DNA of 64,000 nucleotides from Eledone cirrhosa (Eukaryota): NCBI GenBank assembly GCA_964016885.1, contig OZ024740.1, positions 175,708,001 to 175,772,000 of the forward strand, read 5' to 3'. Shown piece by piece: positions 41,724 to 56,791 of this stretch (position 1 is its first letter; each line of letters starts with the position of its first letter). The notes under the pieces were generated by a model. It saw only the letters and a program-made list of their open reading frames with translations, ran no database searches and was not told where the DNA came from. The position numbers and the translations under genes were made by a program.

Positions 41724-42029
41724 CACTGATATTTAGAAGAGAGTATCTACCGCTGGGGAACAAATATTACATAGGGTATTTTGATTTGAAATATCACCAA
41801 CCTTTTGGCTTTCTGATCGATGTTTACATGTTTCACCAACATTGATCACCGAAATATTCATAGACGAACACACACCATATACGTGTGTGTATGAACATTT
41901 CGCTTATATATGTTGGCGAAACATGTAAACATCGATGAGAAAACCAAAAGGTTGGTGATATTTCAAATCAAAATACCCTATGTAATATTTGTTCCCCAGA
42001 GGTAGATACTCTCTTCTAAATATCAGTGT
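41723..42029. mobile_element. Fold-back element (~120 bp arms) with an HHR 3' half, next to a TA run
   Basis: 41723-41842 is the reverse complement of 41911-42029; contains GAAA-CATG-TA (palindromic ACATGT). Confidence 0.85.
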
Positions 42030-42286
42030 CCGTTGCCATAGCATAGACAATGATTTTTTGTCAATTGCGATAATAATGGTTTCTGATTTAGGCACAATCC
42101 CAATAATTTGGGGGTGGAATAAGTCGATTAAATCGAACCCAGGGCGTTACTGGTACTTCATTTTATCGACCCCGGCACGATGAAACGCGAAGTTGACATT
42201 TGCGAGATTTCATTTCAGAAAATTAAGGCTATTAACTGAAGGCTGCAAAACCTTTATGCGACTCTTTAACGAAACTTCCCACCCCA

Positions 42287-42384
42287 CATCATCATCATCG
42301 TCCCCACGACCACCACCACACCACCACCACCACCACCTCCATCGCCACCACCATCACCACCACCACTACCACCACCATCACCAT

Positions 42385-42479
<95 letters not shown>

Positions 42480-42480
42480 A
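42287..42480. repeat. (CAT/CAC)n-(TAC)n trinucleotide tract
   Basis: Direct reading. Confidence 0.95.
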
Positions 42481-43119
42481 CATTAACAATAATAATAATA
42501 TAAGCAAACAATAAAATGCCAAGTGCGCTCTGAAACCTGCGACTAAAATACCAGCTTCTCAAAATCGATATATCTAAAAACAAATTCGTTACCACTGACA
42601 CTGTAGACGTAACAAGGATTATCTTTACGATAGATCATTCTCTATGTCTGGATGGGTGGCGCTAGTCTGTCGCAATCAAATGAACTGCCACAACAGCGAC
42701 ACAGTTTTCGATATCTGCATCAATTCAACGCACTTACGCTGTAAATATCTTTTGGAAAGGCATGAACGTCCCAATAACCCACTTCTGTTTTCTACTGAAA
42801 TGCAGGACATTTCTGCCTACTCAGAGAGTTAATCTCTCAATCGATACATCAACCTGGCTTTCATTCGCGATTAATGTTAATTCCCTCAAATGTTTTTACA
42901 TAGCCGTGATGTTATTAAGAAAATCCCTTTATAAACACGTCGGTCTTGGTTTGAACTAACTGCGCTACACTTTGTGTAAGTGTCTTCCACCACATCCTTA
43001 TGAGTAGAGTTTGGTAAGCGGAAAAGAAGCTAGTCTTACATACATACATGACAGCTGCAAACTCTGTTAAGAGTATTGCAATCGCTTGTCAGATTACGGA
43101 GTACAGTGCATTTTTAGGC

Positions 43120-43557
43120 TACGGCCAGCCACATGAACCTGTAACATATCCTGAACAAGCAATGCCTGTGCTTTGAAGGCTTTTTTAAGTGGGGCAAGGC
43201 CTTGCAGTCGACCAATCCCACTCTCTGAGCATTGAAAACACTACCCGAAAAGGAGAACTGGTCAACATCATCGAATGCTTCCGAAGCCGCAAGTTTTTTT
43301 TCTTCAGAGTTTCCCTTTCTTAGAAAGGTGTTGTGACAACAACTCGGTGCCTGTGAAAACTTTATTGGATGGCCATTGAATCTCCTCAGTTGCTCCACCC
43401 TTTGCCGGGTCTTGTATTTCATCCCGCTTGGTGTCCAAATATCACCCTCCTCACCAAGCAAGCTTGGTGGGGTTGCCAGTTTAGTCGCCGACGACCCGAA
43501 CATGACACAGATTATACTGGGTTACATGTTACCAGTAGCACTCAAGCGTAACCTGAC
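43120..43557 (-). mobile_element. Dispersed repeat, same family as 13416-13870
   Basis: Reverse complement of 13416-13600 and 13720-13860; ends at (CATA)n. Confidence 0.8.
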
Positions 43558-43631
43558 ATACATACATACGTACATACATGCATACATACATACATGCATA
43601 CATACATGCATACATACATGCATACATACAT

Positions 43632-43714
<83 letters not shown>

Positions 43715-43976
43715 ATATATAAACCAGAACGGATCAGAGTGTAACTGAACTTGGATCTGTGGAGAAAGAACGCAGCTTCTTAATTCATACGCTACAAATA
43801 GCTGAGATATCTGGAAAAATTTGTAAAACATTCTTTTGATTCAAAGGATGAACGCTTACACAAGAGATGACGACAATTTCCTTCTCTTTACAACCTGCCA
43901 TTGGGAAGGCGGCTGGTAAAAAAATAAAATCAAAATCAAGAGAAAGAGAGAACATACATATGTATGTTTATGTTTG

Positions 43977-44071
<95 letters not shown>

Positions 44072-45097
44072 ATGGGTGTGTCCGTATCTGCTTGTGCGTA
44101 TGTTTTTAAAAATGTAGTGTTATAGGTAACTGAGCAGTTCGATAAATCGATATCGATAAATTAAATACCACCTTGAAATAAATTCTAGGGTCGATATAAT
44201 CAAGTAAAACCATTGGTTGAGGCGACTTAATATGACAGCAGTTCAATAGATGAGGCCAGCAAAAAGATAAAATATGTGTCATTGCGAAAAACATTGAATA
44301 TCGCTATACGAGTGTTACCACATCCTATTTTTATCTCACAACACACGTATATCGAACTTTCTGTCTTATCAGATGGCACCAATCACTACATCAATGCTTT
44401 AGAAACTAACATATTCTTGACTCTATCCCTCATCCCACAAAAAAAGCCATTCCATCTGATTGGCATGAATTTGATCTACAACACACTCTAATCTCTTTCC
44501 CCCAAACCATTCAGATTGAATGGAATGAATTCGATCCACAGCACACTTTAATCTTTCGCCCACAGACGTGTTTTCATCTCTTTCTGCTTTTTCTATTGTT
44601 ACTACAAAACCTCTGCTTCTCCAAACTAAGTGACCGATCTGTTCCCAGGTAGTTCCGACTTGTCTCTTCTCTTGTCGTTTATATTCGGTCTACTCCCAGT
44701 TATCATAACCCTTACACAATCTTTGCCCTGCTTTCCTGTATCTTTGTTCTCATGACTATTCACGAAGAGGAACGTTACCCATCAGACTGCCGTTTGTCTC
44801 TGAGGGCCTGCGAAAACCATAGACTCAACCTTTTCTTCCAGACTAACCCAGTAATAGAAGCACGGTCTCCATTTCCAGGTAACTTGAAGGAGAAATTGAA
44901 TAAGACATTGATAAACAAATTCAACTCAATTAAATAGAGACTTCGAGTGAAAATTGAAATCTCGTCAAAGACTAACAGAAGTATTCTATGCGATTAAAAA
45001 TATCATATATGATAGCATGATCTTTTTCTTTTTATTTCAAATCAAACCAAAATTCACATTAGAGTAAGACAGTAAATATATTGTTCTTGTTTTACAG

Positions 45098-45375
45098 TTA
45101 ACGGTCTCAGCATAGATGGACCTAGAGATGCAAGCCCAGACCCAGTAGAGAAGCGTACTCCGATGTGTCGGAACCCATGTGCATGCCGCTCATCTGAATG
45201 CTGCCAGAGGATGGTGAGAGAGACACGTTGGAATAGCTATTCCATCGTGTGGCTCGCTCCTGCGGGTAGCCAACTCTACTCTAATAGTAGTGACCAGGTG
45301 TGTGATATGGGAGGGAGGGCAACAAAGCGCCAGAGGTTCGATCACAATCTTATCGGAGTGCGACCGATATTTTAA
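45098..45375 (+). CDS. Candidate terminal coding exon of a small secreted Cys-rich peptide precursor
   Basis: Acceptor ttgttcttgttttacAG; GC-rich island; frame open from acceptor to TAA: xNGLSIDGPRDASPDPVEKR-TPMCRNPCACRSSECCQRM...TKRQRFDHNLIGVRPIF. Confidence 0.45.
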
Positions 45376-48300
45376 CAACAAAATGTTATCTTTACACTAT
45401 TCACATACTATTCAATACCGTTGTGTAAGAAAGAGTTATTATAATGTAATCTCAGTTCTTGAATAATGGCCCCTCCCCCTAATTAATCCCCCACCCCCCG
45501 CTTTTATTTCATCTCTACCGCTTATTATATTTTGCTAATCTATCTCCGGCGAAATTTTATTGTAAGTGATTTATATCGATACAGCAACTGGAGAATCTAA
45601 TAATAATAATATTTTACATTAAAAAATCATTATATATGTAAGAAAAAAAAAATTACAAGTAATCCCATATTTACGAGCGTACTATACAATTACTCACCCT
45701 CCCCCCTCATACACACTTATAAGAATTTAAGCAAATGTCCAAACCCCACCAACGCTAATTCCACCCCACCCCTATTATTTGGGACCCTAGAGTAATTTTA
45801 TAACAACTTTCAATCTTCTCCGAAGTCAATTTCCCTTACAAAGACATCAATACCATAATATTACATTTTACAGTTTATCTGTAATCCAAACCCTTTGTGT
45901 ATTTTCTTTATATTTCAGAAAATAAAGGACAGCATTCATAATCTTTTTATATGGCTATTATGACTGGATAGAGGAAGAGAAGTAATGATTGTCACTTAGC
46001 ATTATTATTTATAACCTTCTCCGATTGTTTGTATTTCTGTATTCTCTATTGATTACTCTATCAACTCAGTGTTATTCTTTTGGAGGAAATGTAGCTCAGA
46101 TGTATGTCAATGTACAATTCCCGTGATTGTACTTATAGCTGTGTTTTGTAAATTTCTTTTTGTCGACGATGGTTTCCTGTTACTTCAAAAAAAAAAAAAA
46201 AGACATGCTGTAAAACACCATATATTTATTTCTTATGGCACATCTCTCATCGTCACTTTCGCCTCTCGCTGAAACACGACAGTACAGTGACTCATAACTT
46301 GCGTTTCTGACATAATTCTCACCCCTAATCTCCTGTATCAACTAGTGCAAATGATAAAAACCACACGAACAAGGATATACTTCAGCACTTCCTTGGGTCT
46401 GTCTTGGGTTCTCCATTCACTTCTTGCTCTTCTTCTCCATGTCTCGGGAAATTGCTCATGCGTTCCATCACATGAAAATGAGGACTGTTATGAAGTGAGG
46501 TTGGATATTTAACCGGTTTCATACGATATTTTACAGTTTCATGCGATCTTTCTATTCTCCTTCATATTCCCGTCTGTACTTTCGAGAGTAACCTGATTAA
46601 ATCTTCTGACAGCTCTGGTAAAAAAAGCCGTAATGCTGGTATCATTGGTATTGGTTTTGTTGCTATCATATTTATTACCGATGTTGTTGGTTTCTGGCAG
46701 TAGTTATGGGTGTAATGGAGGTGTTAGTGATTGATCTTGCTATAATTTTTATTGTAGGCTGAACGCACCTGAAAGAGAGTGTCATGCTAATTATTGCACC
46801 ACATGGCTTCCATAGTAGGCATATTATTAATGGTATTGTTACTTTTGATGATAAGTCGTAATTCAAGAAAAAGTCAATGAGGGAAACTGATATACTACCG
46901 ACAGATTGCCTTTTAAATGCATGAACAAAATGAATGCTGAAATGCCGGGAATAAATCAAAGATTAAGCCAGTGAACTCAATAAGATTCGAAGAAATTAAT
47001 AATGATATGCATTGGCAATTATTGTTCTAAAGAATGTTTACCGCGAGGAAAAGGAAAAGTTCTACCGTTTTTGATCATTATTTTTCGTCAGGGAACGATA
47101 ATTATTACGGTGCCGAACAAGCAGTAAATTTATTCGGTACGAACTCCCCCCCCCCCCCCCCAAGAAATCATCTATTTTCGAACTCTTTACACTGGACCAA
47201 TTGTGGTTGGTTGTTCAGCTGAAAGAATGGCTAACAAGGGAGCTAGATAATGACAAAAAGAGTAACAACAAATGAAATGGGCAATAAATACAGCTATAGT
47301 ATTTCATCATAACCATCTTCCACCTTTCCCCTCTCCACTACTACTACTACTACTAGTACTCATCGTCGTCGTCGTTATCGTCATCATCATCATCATCATC
47401 ATGGTCATCAATTAATCAGAAGCAATGACAAAGACTACACCAGCACCACCACTACCACCAACAACAACAAAACAACAACAGTTTACTATCCGAAGAAAGG
47501 AAACAGCAATAACAGTAGCAGCAGTAATATCGGTAATATTAATAACAGTATCAACATCAACAACACAAGTTTATGTTTGGAGATGCCCAACCCACTTCTC
47601 CACTCTTCTGAATGTCGTTGTTGCTGGGCTTCCGTCAGTTACGACTACGACTATTGCCGGTGTTCGAAAAATGTACAACCAACCTGTTTATGAATTTAAC
47701 ATACAAGTGATTGAGCAGTCTATGGAGAAGTGCACCCATAGCCTATTTATTAGGGAGATTCAGAATAATACAGAGTGGGACAACGTTGATCCTTTGATTT
47801 ATTGATACAACTCATTTCAGCCAGCTGAATAGATTGGAGCAGGGTCAACCATAATGGTTCTTGATTTAGGCACAAGGCCGGTACTACGAAGGGGAGGGGA
47901 AAGTCGATTAAATCGTACCAGCACATTACTGGTACTTTATTTTATCGACTCCGTAAGGATGAAAGGCAAAGCTAACCTTTGCGGGCCAAAGATAATGTTA
48001 TTCTTAAGGACCCTAAATGCTACCAGGATTCGAACTCATAACAGATAGTGAACTGAACAGCTTAATCACTAAACACACTTCCATATATCTCATTCCCACG
48101 CACCTTTCAAAAAATCAAATATGGCGGTCGGTGAACTAATAGAAAGAGTGCAAGCAAATACGTGCAGTTTTCATTTCACCTTTATGTGATGCAGCACTGA
48201 CTATATCAGCACCAACAGAGCCACACTTGATGTTGCTATCATCATACTATTAAACACCATCGCCAGCACTACTGAGAGAGAGAGATTGCAAAATTCTGAC

Positions 48301-48607
48301 TTCTGATTGGTTGAAAAACGGGTCAGATATTTTCTAAAGAGCGACCGATTTTATCACGTGCCAGGCAATCTGTCATTCCGTATAAACGACTATATAGACG
48401 TGCGCGCGCACACACATACACAAACTCTAAAGCAAGCATAAACACACACACGCACACGTGCACAAAATCATGCATACATGCATACATGCATACGTAATGC
48501 ATACATGCACATACGTAAACGCACATATGTGCATACTTACATCAAAGCACGCATATATATGTATGTATATATGTATATATATATATATATAAATATATAA
48601 AACTTAA

Positions 48608-48785
48608 TTGTTTCTACTTTTGGCACAAGGCCAGCAATTATCCCAGTGCATTACTGGTACTTTATTTTATCGACCCCGTAAGGATGAAAGGCAAAGTTAA
48701 CCTCGGCGGGATTTGAAGTCAGAATAGCAAGGGCCGTAACTCTATGCGTCAAAGCATGGCGTCCGACCCTCTACCGATACTGCCA
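48608..48785 (-). mobile_element. tRNA-derived SINE
   Basis: Near-identical to 20905-21080. Confidence 0.9.
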
Positions 48786-49004
48786 TAAATATATGTAAAC
48801 ATATCTGTGTGATTGTAAGTGCGTGCTTGTCTATATATGCATATGTGTGTAATTGGGATGTTCCCCGTGAAATTGTCTTTAAACAAGTGTAAACTCCATA
48901 GGTTCGGAGGATATGGATCTATTATGGGAAATGAAAAGTTTAATACTCTGCACTGACCAATGCTTACATCCTGGTTCAGGAATTATCAGTCCAGCCTTAA
49001 GACC

Positions 49005-49005
<1 letters not shown>

Positions 49006-49035
<30 letters not shown>

Positions 49036-49560
49036 TGTATGTATGTATGTATGTATGTATATATGTATGTATGTTTTCTCTTTCTCTTAATTTCGAGTAT
49101 ATTTTTTTGACCGGCCACCTTCCTGGTGGCAAGGTTGTAAAAGAATGTATGTATGTATGTATGTATGTATGTATGTATGTATGTATGTATGTATGTGTGT
49201 GTGTATGTATGTATGTATGAATGTATGTATGTATGTATGTATGTATGTATGTGTGTATGTATGTATGTATGTGTGTATGTATGTATGTATGAATGTATGT
49301 ATGTATGTATGTAAGTGTGTATGTATGTGTGTGTGTGTATCTATATATACATAAATATATATATGTATATATACTTGAATATATATGTATATATACATGA
49401 ATATATATATATATGTATGTATATATTATACTTGTATCAGTGTTCATCCCTCTCATATATTCATTTGTATGTATGTATATATACATATATAAATATATGT
49501 ATGAATATACATATATATATCTACATACATATATATATAATATATATGTATATATATATA

Positions 49561-49603
<43 letters not shown>

Positions 49604-49790
49604 GCATAAATATATATATATACATATATGTATGAATATACATATACATATATATCTATATACATATATATTTAATATATATATGTATATATATATATAT
49701 ATATATACATGCATAAATATATATATACATATATGCATGTATATATATTTTTTTGTGTTTGTGTTTATATATATTATATACATACATACA
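49006..49790. repeat. (TATG)n and degenerate (TA)n low-complexity tract
   Basis: Direct reading. Confidence 0.9.
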
Positions 49791-50719
49791 CACAGACACA
49801 GTGTTATCTCTCTAAGTTACCCATGTACGTCTCCGGCTAATTATCTATTGACTTGCCAACAGTGCAGCCGATCAGTTATTCTCTTTCTCTCTTCACCCTC
49901 TTTCTCATTCTCTGTGCATATATATATATATATATACACACAGACACATATGTATACATATCTAATTATCTCTCTCTCTCTGTATATATATATATATATA
50001 CACATATACGTTTGTGTGGGTGTGGGTGTTAGTAATTGTCCGTTTATTTCGTTTTCCATCCATACATCCATTCGTCCATCAGTATGTCGCAGTGTCATTG
50101 CGTTCCTTTATAAAAGCATATGTGTTGGTTATCTCTCTCTCTCTCTTTACATATATATATATATATATATATACAAATGCTGGATTTTACCATCACTCCA
50201 GGGGTCCGGGTTAATTTTTCAATCATGTATATTTTTATTTGTTTGATCCGAATTACTTGATCGTTTTTTTTTGGCTGTGTTTAACCATCGTCTCAGTGTG
50301 TTTGGTATTAAACGTTAGTTATAGCTCTTGTCATCCGAACCATTGAGCACTTTGCCACACATCTCGGAGATTGTTTTTCGTTATTTCGTGGGCCGAAGTT
50401 GCGATTCTCGATAATTTTATTTGTATATATATATATATATCAAATAAGAATATCTTCGAAACAGCGAGCGAGTTTGAAATTATAACTGTAAGCTATCGCC
50501 GTACTTTGATTAAAGAAATTAAAGAAAATTATTTAGCCTGATAGTGGAAATATGGAGAAATATGAGTATTGACGTACATGGGAGTCGAACCCAGATTTTT
50601 GGTTATCCAGACTACTATGTTACCATTACACCAACACATCACCCGTCTTCTTCCCTTCAAATTAGAAGGTATGATCTTAGCAACCGTAAATGTCAAGTAA
50701 GAATATATATATATATATA

Positions 50720-51290
50720 TAAATATCTTTAAGTCGTTTGGAAGCCTCGACAATGCAAATGGGTAAATCTCCGGGTAACAAGATCCGATGGTGGAGAGAG
50801 AGATGTAAGTGGGTGTACGTTGAGCTGCGTGGCGTGTATAAGACGTGTAGAGGAATGAAGGAAAGAGCATAAAGGATAAAATAAAAATAACAACACGAGA
50901 GAGAGTTACCTTGGGAGAGATTTAATTGTCCCTATATATTTCGGATTCACATCCATCAACTTGGGGTTTTTCCGGGTTGGGGGAAAGGTTGTCTGTCGGA
51001 AAGGTGCGAAACGCGTCCTCCGCTGTTCGTTGTTTTGAATATCTGAGGTATCTGCCCGACCGACCCCATTTCACGCGCACGCGCGCTCTGCTGAATACCT
51101 GGTATGTGCACCTAGAAAGTTCTCCTCCAAAGTACAAGTCCAGGCAAAGTTGTTTGTGGAAGACCAGGAGTCGCTCATGCATATCAGCCTCCCCTCTCCA
51201 CGCCGCTGATGTCGATAAATGCCGATACAGCTTCGCACCAGTGACGTCGCAACTCATGTCTACTGCTGAGTGAACTGGAATAACGTTATA
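50720..51290 (-). mobile_element. PLE terminal fragment (family of 17074-17413) with a degenerate HHR
   Basis: 50720-50875 matches 17075-17235; minus strand TTGAT-GGAT-GTGA-ATCC-GAAA-TATA-TA-GGGAC at ~50927-50962; TA runs on both sides. Confidence 0.7.
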
Positions 51291-51339
51291 TATATATACA
51301 TGTGTTTGTGTGTATTTATATATATATATATATACATAT

Positions 51340-51790
51340 TGTCTTTTAACGAAGTGCACATTTTGAGGCAACGAAACTTCCCTTATGCAATCCGAATTAC
51401 GATGAACTGGCCATGTCATCAGAATGAGTGACAATCGAAAACCCAAAGTCCACAAGTATAGTCAGCTTCAGCGTAGTAAAATGAATGTAAGAAGGCCTTG
51501 ACTCAATTATAAAAACCTGAAGAGTAATCTTGAAGCTGTTCCCATACCTTTCAATGACCTTCGAGTGGGTGGCCCTGGAGAAATAGAAGTTGAGAGAGAG
51601 TTTTTATAGTGGCACTAAAATATTTGAATATACCCGTCTCTAACAGCTGTGGGAGGCAAGAGTGAAGACCAAAGTATCTGCACTAGTACCAGATGCTTTG
51701 TCTTGTAACCCACATTCTTCAGCAGAATGTAGCCGTTTTTGCATGTCGATGGCGGGGCCTCAGTAGAAGACATTTCTATCTGAAATAAGT
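51340..51790 (+). mobile_element. RTE (BovB-like) LINE 3' fragment
   Basis: LMQSELR*TGHVIRMSDNRKPK..YSQL matches QLRWAGHVxRMxDxRxPK. Confidence 0.75.
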
Positions 51791-52704
51791 CGCGTGTATA
51801 TATAAATTACTCTATATATTGATACTGTGGTTAATTATTTCATATAGAACGCACCAGTTGCTCTTCATTTGTACTTTAAGGCTTACTGTATTCAGGACTA
51901 CTAGGGTGAGCTTGGAAGTTTTTTCGGTTCTTTATAACAGGTTGAGCGACCACGCAGGTTCTCCTTCACTGGTCTGTCAATGTGGTGTATGTGAATAGTA
52001 CTTATGGGAAGATTATACAAATCTGACATTCTATGCATTTACTATTCATAAACACCCAACTAAAACCATTCATAAACATAGGTCAAATTGTGATGATTAT
52101 TTAATTGCGTTTTGTTCATGACTAGAATATATGTTTTGAATACTCTAGATTCAGGTAATATTCAAAGATATCTATGTGCAGTCAAACGTAACAGCAAATG
52201 TTGATCTAATGAAAATGAGTTAAAGAAATAATTTTGTTCTCTTCAAAGTTTCTTTCGTAAATAAACGCCTCACATTTTGATGATAGTGGGTTCGATAATA
52301 CGAAGCTAATTATTTTAATATGATTGTATTTATCTAAAACACATCCATCATAATTTTATGAAAGAACGTTTATGTTCGAAACACCAGATAAACAATAAGA
52401 AAGCTTTATTACTGAATATGTCCAAATTCTTGATTATTTAGAAGATGGGCGTTGTCTTTCATTAAAAATAACGTAACGAAATGATTAAAAAATTAACAAA
52501 CATAAATACCTGACAAGCTGGGGGGTGTAAAAGCATGGCAAAATTACGTATGCACAACATAAATTAAATAAACAACTGATATGATCAAAATGGAATAATA
52601 TACCCATTTAAAATTTTAGCACAAAACTATTTTTTGCAAAGGGAATTTCTCGTTTAGTTCTTCTCATTCGTTTCTCGTTTAGTTCTCCCCCTCTCTCTCT
52701 CTCA

Positions 52705-52775
<71 letters not shown>

Positions 52776-52799
52776 GTATTAATTATATATATATATAAG

Positions 52800-52877
<78 letters not shown>

Positions 52878-53079
52878 TTATATATATATATATAAGTTAA
52901 CAAGATATCGTTTAAGGTAATCCAAATAGAGGTTATGAGTACTCTGTATCGAGGATAGTTTTAACGTTTGACGTTGTTTGACTCAACAAGAAGTTTCCTT
53001 AGTCGGGTGGCCAATTTAAGACAGTTCCTAGGTAAGCGGTTCTTGGAGTGATAATAGTAAATATTTATATATATCTGTC

Positions 53080-53168
<89 letters not shown>

Positions 53169-53806
53169 GTGTGTGTGTGTGTATGTGTGTGTGTGTGTCT
53201 TCCGTTTGCAATTTAAATAAAAATGATTTTTTAATGTTTCCCCTTGTTTTTGTTCATTGTCTTGTCCTCTCTTTGTTAATATTCTTAACTTCATCGTTAC
53301 TAATCTGTGACTAATGTGTTATCTCTAAGACATAACCCCTATTTCATATATCATCCATATCTCCCAGCCCCTAGCCAGCTCTAAATATGAGTATTGGGAA
53401 GATGGACTTTTTCAAGCTGGAGCCGTCAATTTACGCAGTTTCTGTAAAAGAATAGACATTAAACAATATCTATAATTACCTACAGCGACTACGAGCTCAT
53501 TACGTAATAGGTCTTGCTCTACCATCTCCCGCATACGTTTGACTTTAAACTCTCAAAAAATCCCACAAGAAATATACTCATATATATATATATAAGTATC
53601 ATAGATTGAGTTATAAACTCAAAATAGTCTTTTACAATTAAATAGCTCAAAGAAGGGAATCTTTCCGAGCCGTGTAATACAATTGAATATATGAGAGGGA
53701 TGAACACCGATACAAGTATACATGTGTTCCAATTGCAAATGACCAAGTTAGCTAGGTTGAATATATATAAGTATATATATTTGTATGTATATATATTTAT
53801 ATATAT

Positions 53807-53842
<36 letters not shown>

Positions 53843-53865
53843 TTATTTATAGTGCAGTGAATAAG

Positions 53866-54053
53866 AGCGGTGAATTGGCAGTATCGGTAGAGGGTTGGAC
53901 GCCATGCTTTCTAGCATAGTTACATCCCTTTACAGTCTGAGTTCTAATCCCGCCGAGGTTAACTTTCCCTTTCATCCTTACGGGGTCGATAAAATATAGT
54001 ACCAGTAATGTACTGTGTATTTGATGGCCTTGTGTCAAAAGTGGAAACAATTA
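53866..54053 (+). mobile_element. tRNA-derived SINE with a probable TSD
   Basis: Same family; ttatttatagtgca occurs on both sides (53844-53857 and 54051-54064). Confidence 0.85.
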
Positions 54054-54758
54054 TTTATAGTGCATGGCTACTGCGGCTATTACGGCTACACTTCAGATTT
54101 TACAAATGTTTTTAAGTCAATGCTTTGTTCATATATATATATATATATATATATATACACGCACGCACACACGCACACACACGTTCACACACGCTCACAC
54201 ACACACACACACGCACACACATATATGTATTTGAAGTTTGTAAAGTAAGCAGTTAAACATAAATATAACTACTGTATTTTTAATTATAAGCTGTCATACA
54301 TGGAAAAAGATAGGCTATTATTCTTATGCATAATAAACTTTATAGTTTCCCATCAGAGAATAACTGTAGCTGTGATTCTGTGTACGGAAGAACATTGTTA
54401 TAGCAACGAAATATATGTCAAACAGAATATAGAAAATATCTGAAATGGCCAGTCAAATGTGTATGACGTATTTGGTGAAGTGATTAAATATATTATAACT
54501 AGTACGGGATTTTAAACAAGTGTGTAATGCCTCAGCGGATCCTGGTTCTTTCTTTTTTGAAATTTTGCCCTCCTTTTTTGAAAGTTTGAATACTACACAT
54601 ATGGTTCTGTAGGCTCTAGCACGATTGGTGAAGAAGAAAAATATTGTTCCACATATCGATAAGAGTTGTCTATTTTTTCTCGGGCATGAGATACGCCCGA
54701 GATATATATATATGTTATTCTCGCTTTTCGATGAAAGACTGAAGTATGGATACATATT

Positions 54759-55760
54759 TCTTCTTCTTCTTCTTCTTCTTCTTCTTCTTCTTCTTCTTCT
54801 TCTTCTTCTTCTTCTTCTTCTTCTTCTTCTTCACCGGTGTCATGAGAAAATTTGTCATCTAGCACTCCCTGCCCAGCATTGCCATGTGAAGTTCCCTTGC
54901 CTCCAGACCGGTGTCATCTTCAAGAACATCCTTCCGTGTGATGTTTGGTCTCCCAACTCGTCTACATTCCAGAGAATAACTCTACCAGCAAGTTCATTGT
55001 GACGATTCACATATCCGGCTAATGGCAGTGTTTTTCTTACTGTCCACATTAGTAGAGGAGAGTGTACTCAACAGTTGCTTTCAATAGCTACATTTTTGTT
55101 GTTTCTTTTATTTATCAGAGACCCACATCTTCGAAAGGGAGTTGAGAGCCTCCCATACCGTGCCTATCCGTATCCTGATGTCCCCAACGTGTTCATGGAA
55201 CTGCCGATGTATAAGAGATCATCTACTTCTTAATTCTACGAACCATCTAGCGCATGCTTGAATTTTGTTTCGCCAGAAATTCAAGAAGAGTTCAATGGAC
55301 TGCGCTGCAGCTTCCATTCTGTAAAATACGCTCTCTTATTCTTTGGTAGTGTTTTTCAAGAGATCTATATCACCTGCTGAAGCCAGTTCAGATAGAACTT
55401 CATTCGGATGTCTGGTACTTTGTCGACTTTTCAGCGATATACCGCCTGATCGTGTAATGACATTAAACAAAGACTCCGATATCGACATATGATATTAAAA
55501 GTATTGTAGTACTCTTATACATAACTTTAATTGCATTGACAATCTGATGAAATAACGCAGAGACAAAGAGAATTTTGAGCATCTTCTTCCGGTTGATCGA
55601 ATCAAAGTTTTCTTGAAGTCTACTGCTGCTTTCTTCTTTTGTGATTCCGTACATCATCAACAATCCTTCTTGGAAATGTGTGAAGTAGTAGAGAGAGCGA
55701 GATGGCCGAAATTAATTTTGGTGGGACGTAGAAGTTTGTCAATGCATGGTCTGATTCTAT
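54759..55760 (-). mobile_element. Degenerate RTE LINE fragment ending in (GAA)n
   Basis: FDSINRKKMLKIL..IVNAIKVMY (RT) and RHNELAGRVILW (C-terminus); (TTC)n at 54759-54832. Confidence 0.8.
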
Positions 55761-55782
55761 TCATGGTCTGATGCTATTGTAA

Positions 55783-56576
55783 GTCTATCTGCTGCCAGCA
55801 CCCTCTACGTGGAGGGCTGGACATGCGGTGGCTAATTATGCGCAAACATGCGCTGAAGCTGCCGCATCTCCAGATATTCTGCCTAAACGGCGAACAAGTG
55901 TGGTCACCGTTTGTGAGAGAGGCCTTTCTGCCGTTTGTCTCTTTGATTGAGTTGCTGTCCTGGGTCAAGAAGAGACTGAGACTGTGCGCCTGGCATTTGG
56001 AATTTTGTCAGCCGCTCACTGACCTTTACCAGGCGGGTAATATGGAAATTCCACAGAGTTCTACAAAGTGGTGGGCAAGAACGAATACGCTCTCTGAGAC
56101 GCTTTATGCGTCGACTAAATCGAACTGACCACACATTTCCAGAGGACCTTCGAGCTGGAGACCATGGATAACTTTCAGAAATCGATGGCTTTGCTGTACT
56201 ACCGGGGGACATCACCGGTTCAAGATAAACTCTACAGGCATGGAAATGCAGTCAGACTGACATGTCCGAGATGCGCCCAGAACGTCGAAACAGTTGTGGG
56301 TGGAGAGGGCGCTTGCCCTGGTGGTCAGGGTGGCCGTGGTATTTTGTGTGGTTTTCGCCACGAGTAACCCTCGGAGGTTTCCCCCCTATTGGGGAATTTT
56401 TCATTGTTTCAATTTTCATTTTTATTGTTTATATATATATATGTTTTATGTCCTTTTTTTTCTTTTCTTATATAAATAATAAAAATATTTACACGCACAA
56501 AACCCACATCGTACCGTCCTGTTCCGTCTGTGATGTTTTTCTTGATGTCATCCCTTGTGGCCAATAAAGAAATCCT
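55783..56576 (+). mobile_element. Tx1/L1-clade LINE 3' fragment (post-RT region, CCHC finger, 3' UTR)
   Basis: SICCQHPLRGGLDM.., PVQDKLYRHG..TCPRCAQNVETV; T-rich UTR; AATAAA at 56563, then (TTA)n. Confidence 0.85.
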
Positions 56577-56609
56577 TATTATTATTATTATTATTAATAT
56601 TATTATTAT

Positions 56610-56791
56610 TGGATTGGCAGTATTGGTAGAGGGTCGGACGCCATGCTTTGACGTATATAGTTACGGCCCTTGCCATTCTGAGTTCAAATCCCGCCAAGGT
56701 TAACTTTGTCTTTCATCCTTACGGGGTCGATACAATAAAGTACCAGTAATGTACTAGGTTATTTGCTGGCCTTGTGCCTAACGTAGAAACA

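Noticed and set aside
45440-45795. Possible DNA-transposon MITE ending gggaccctagagta
   Set aside because: A matching left TIR and TSD could not be identified convincingly
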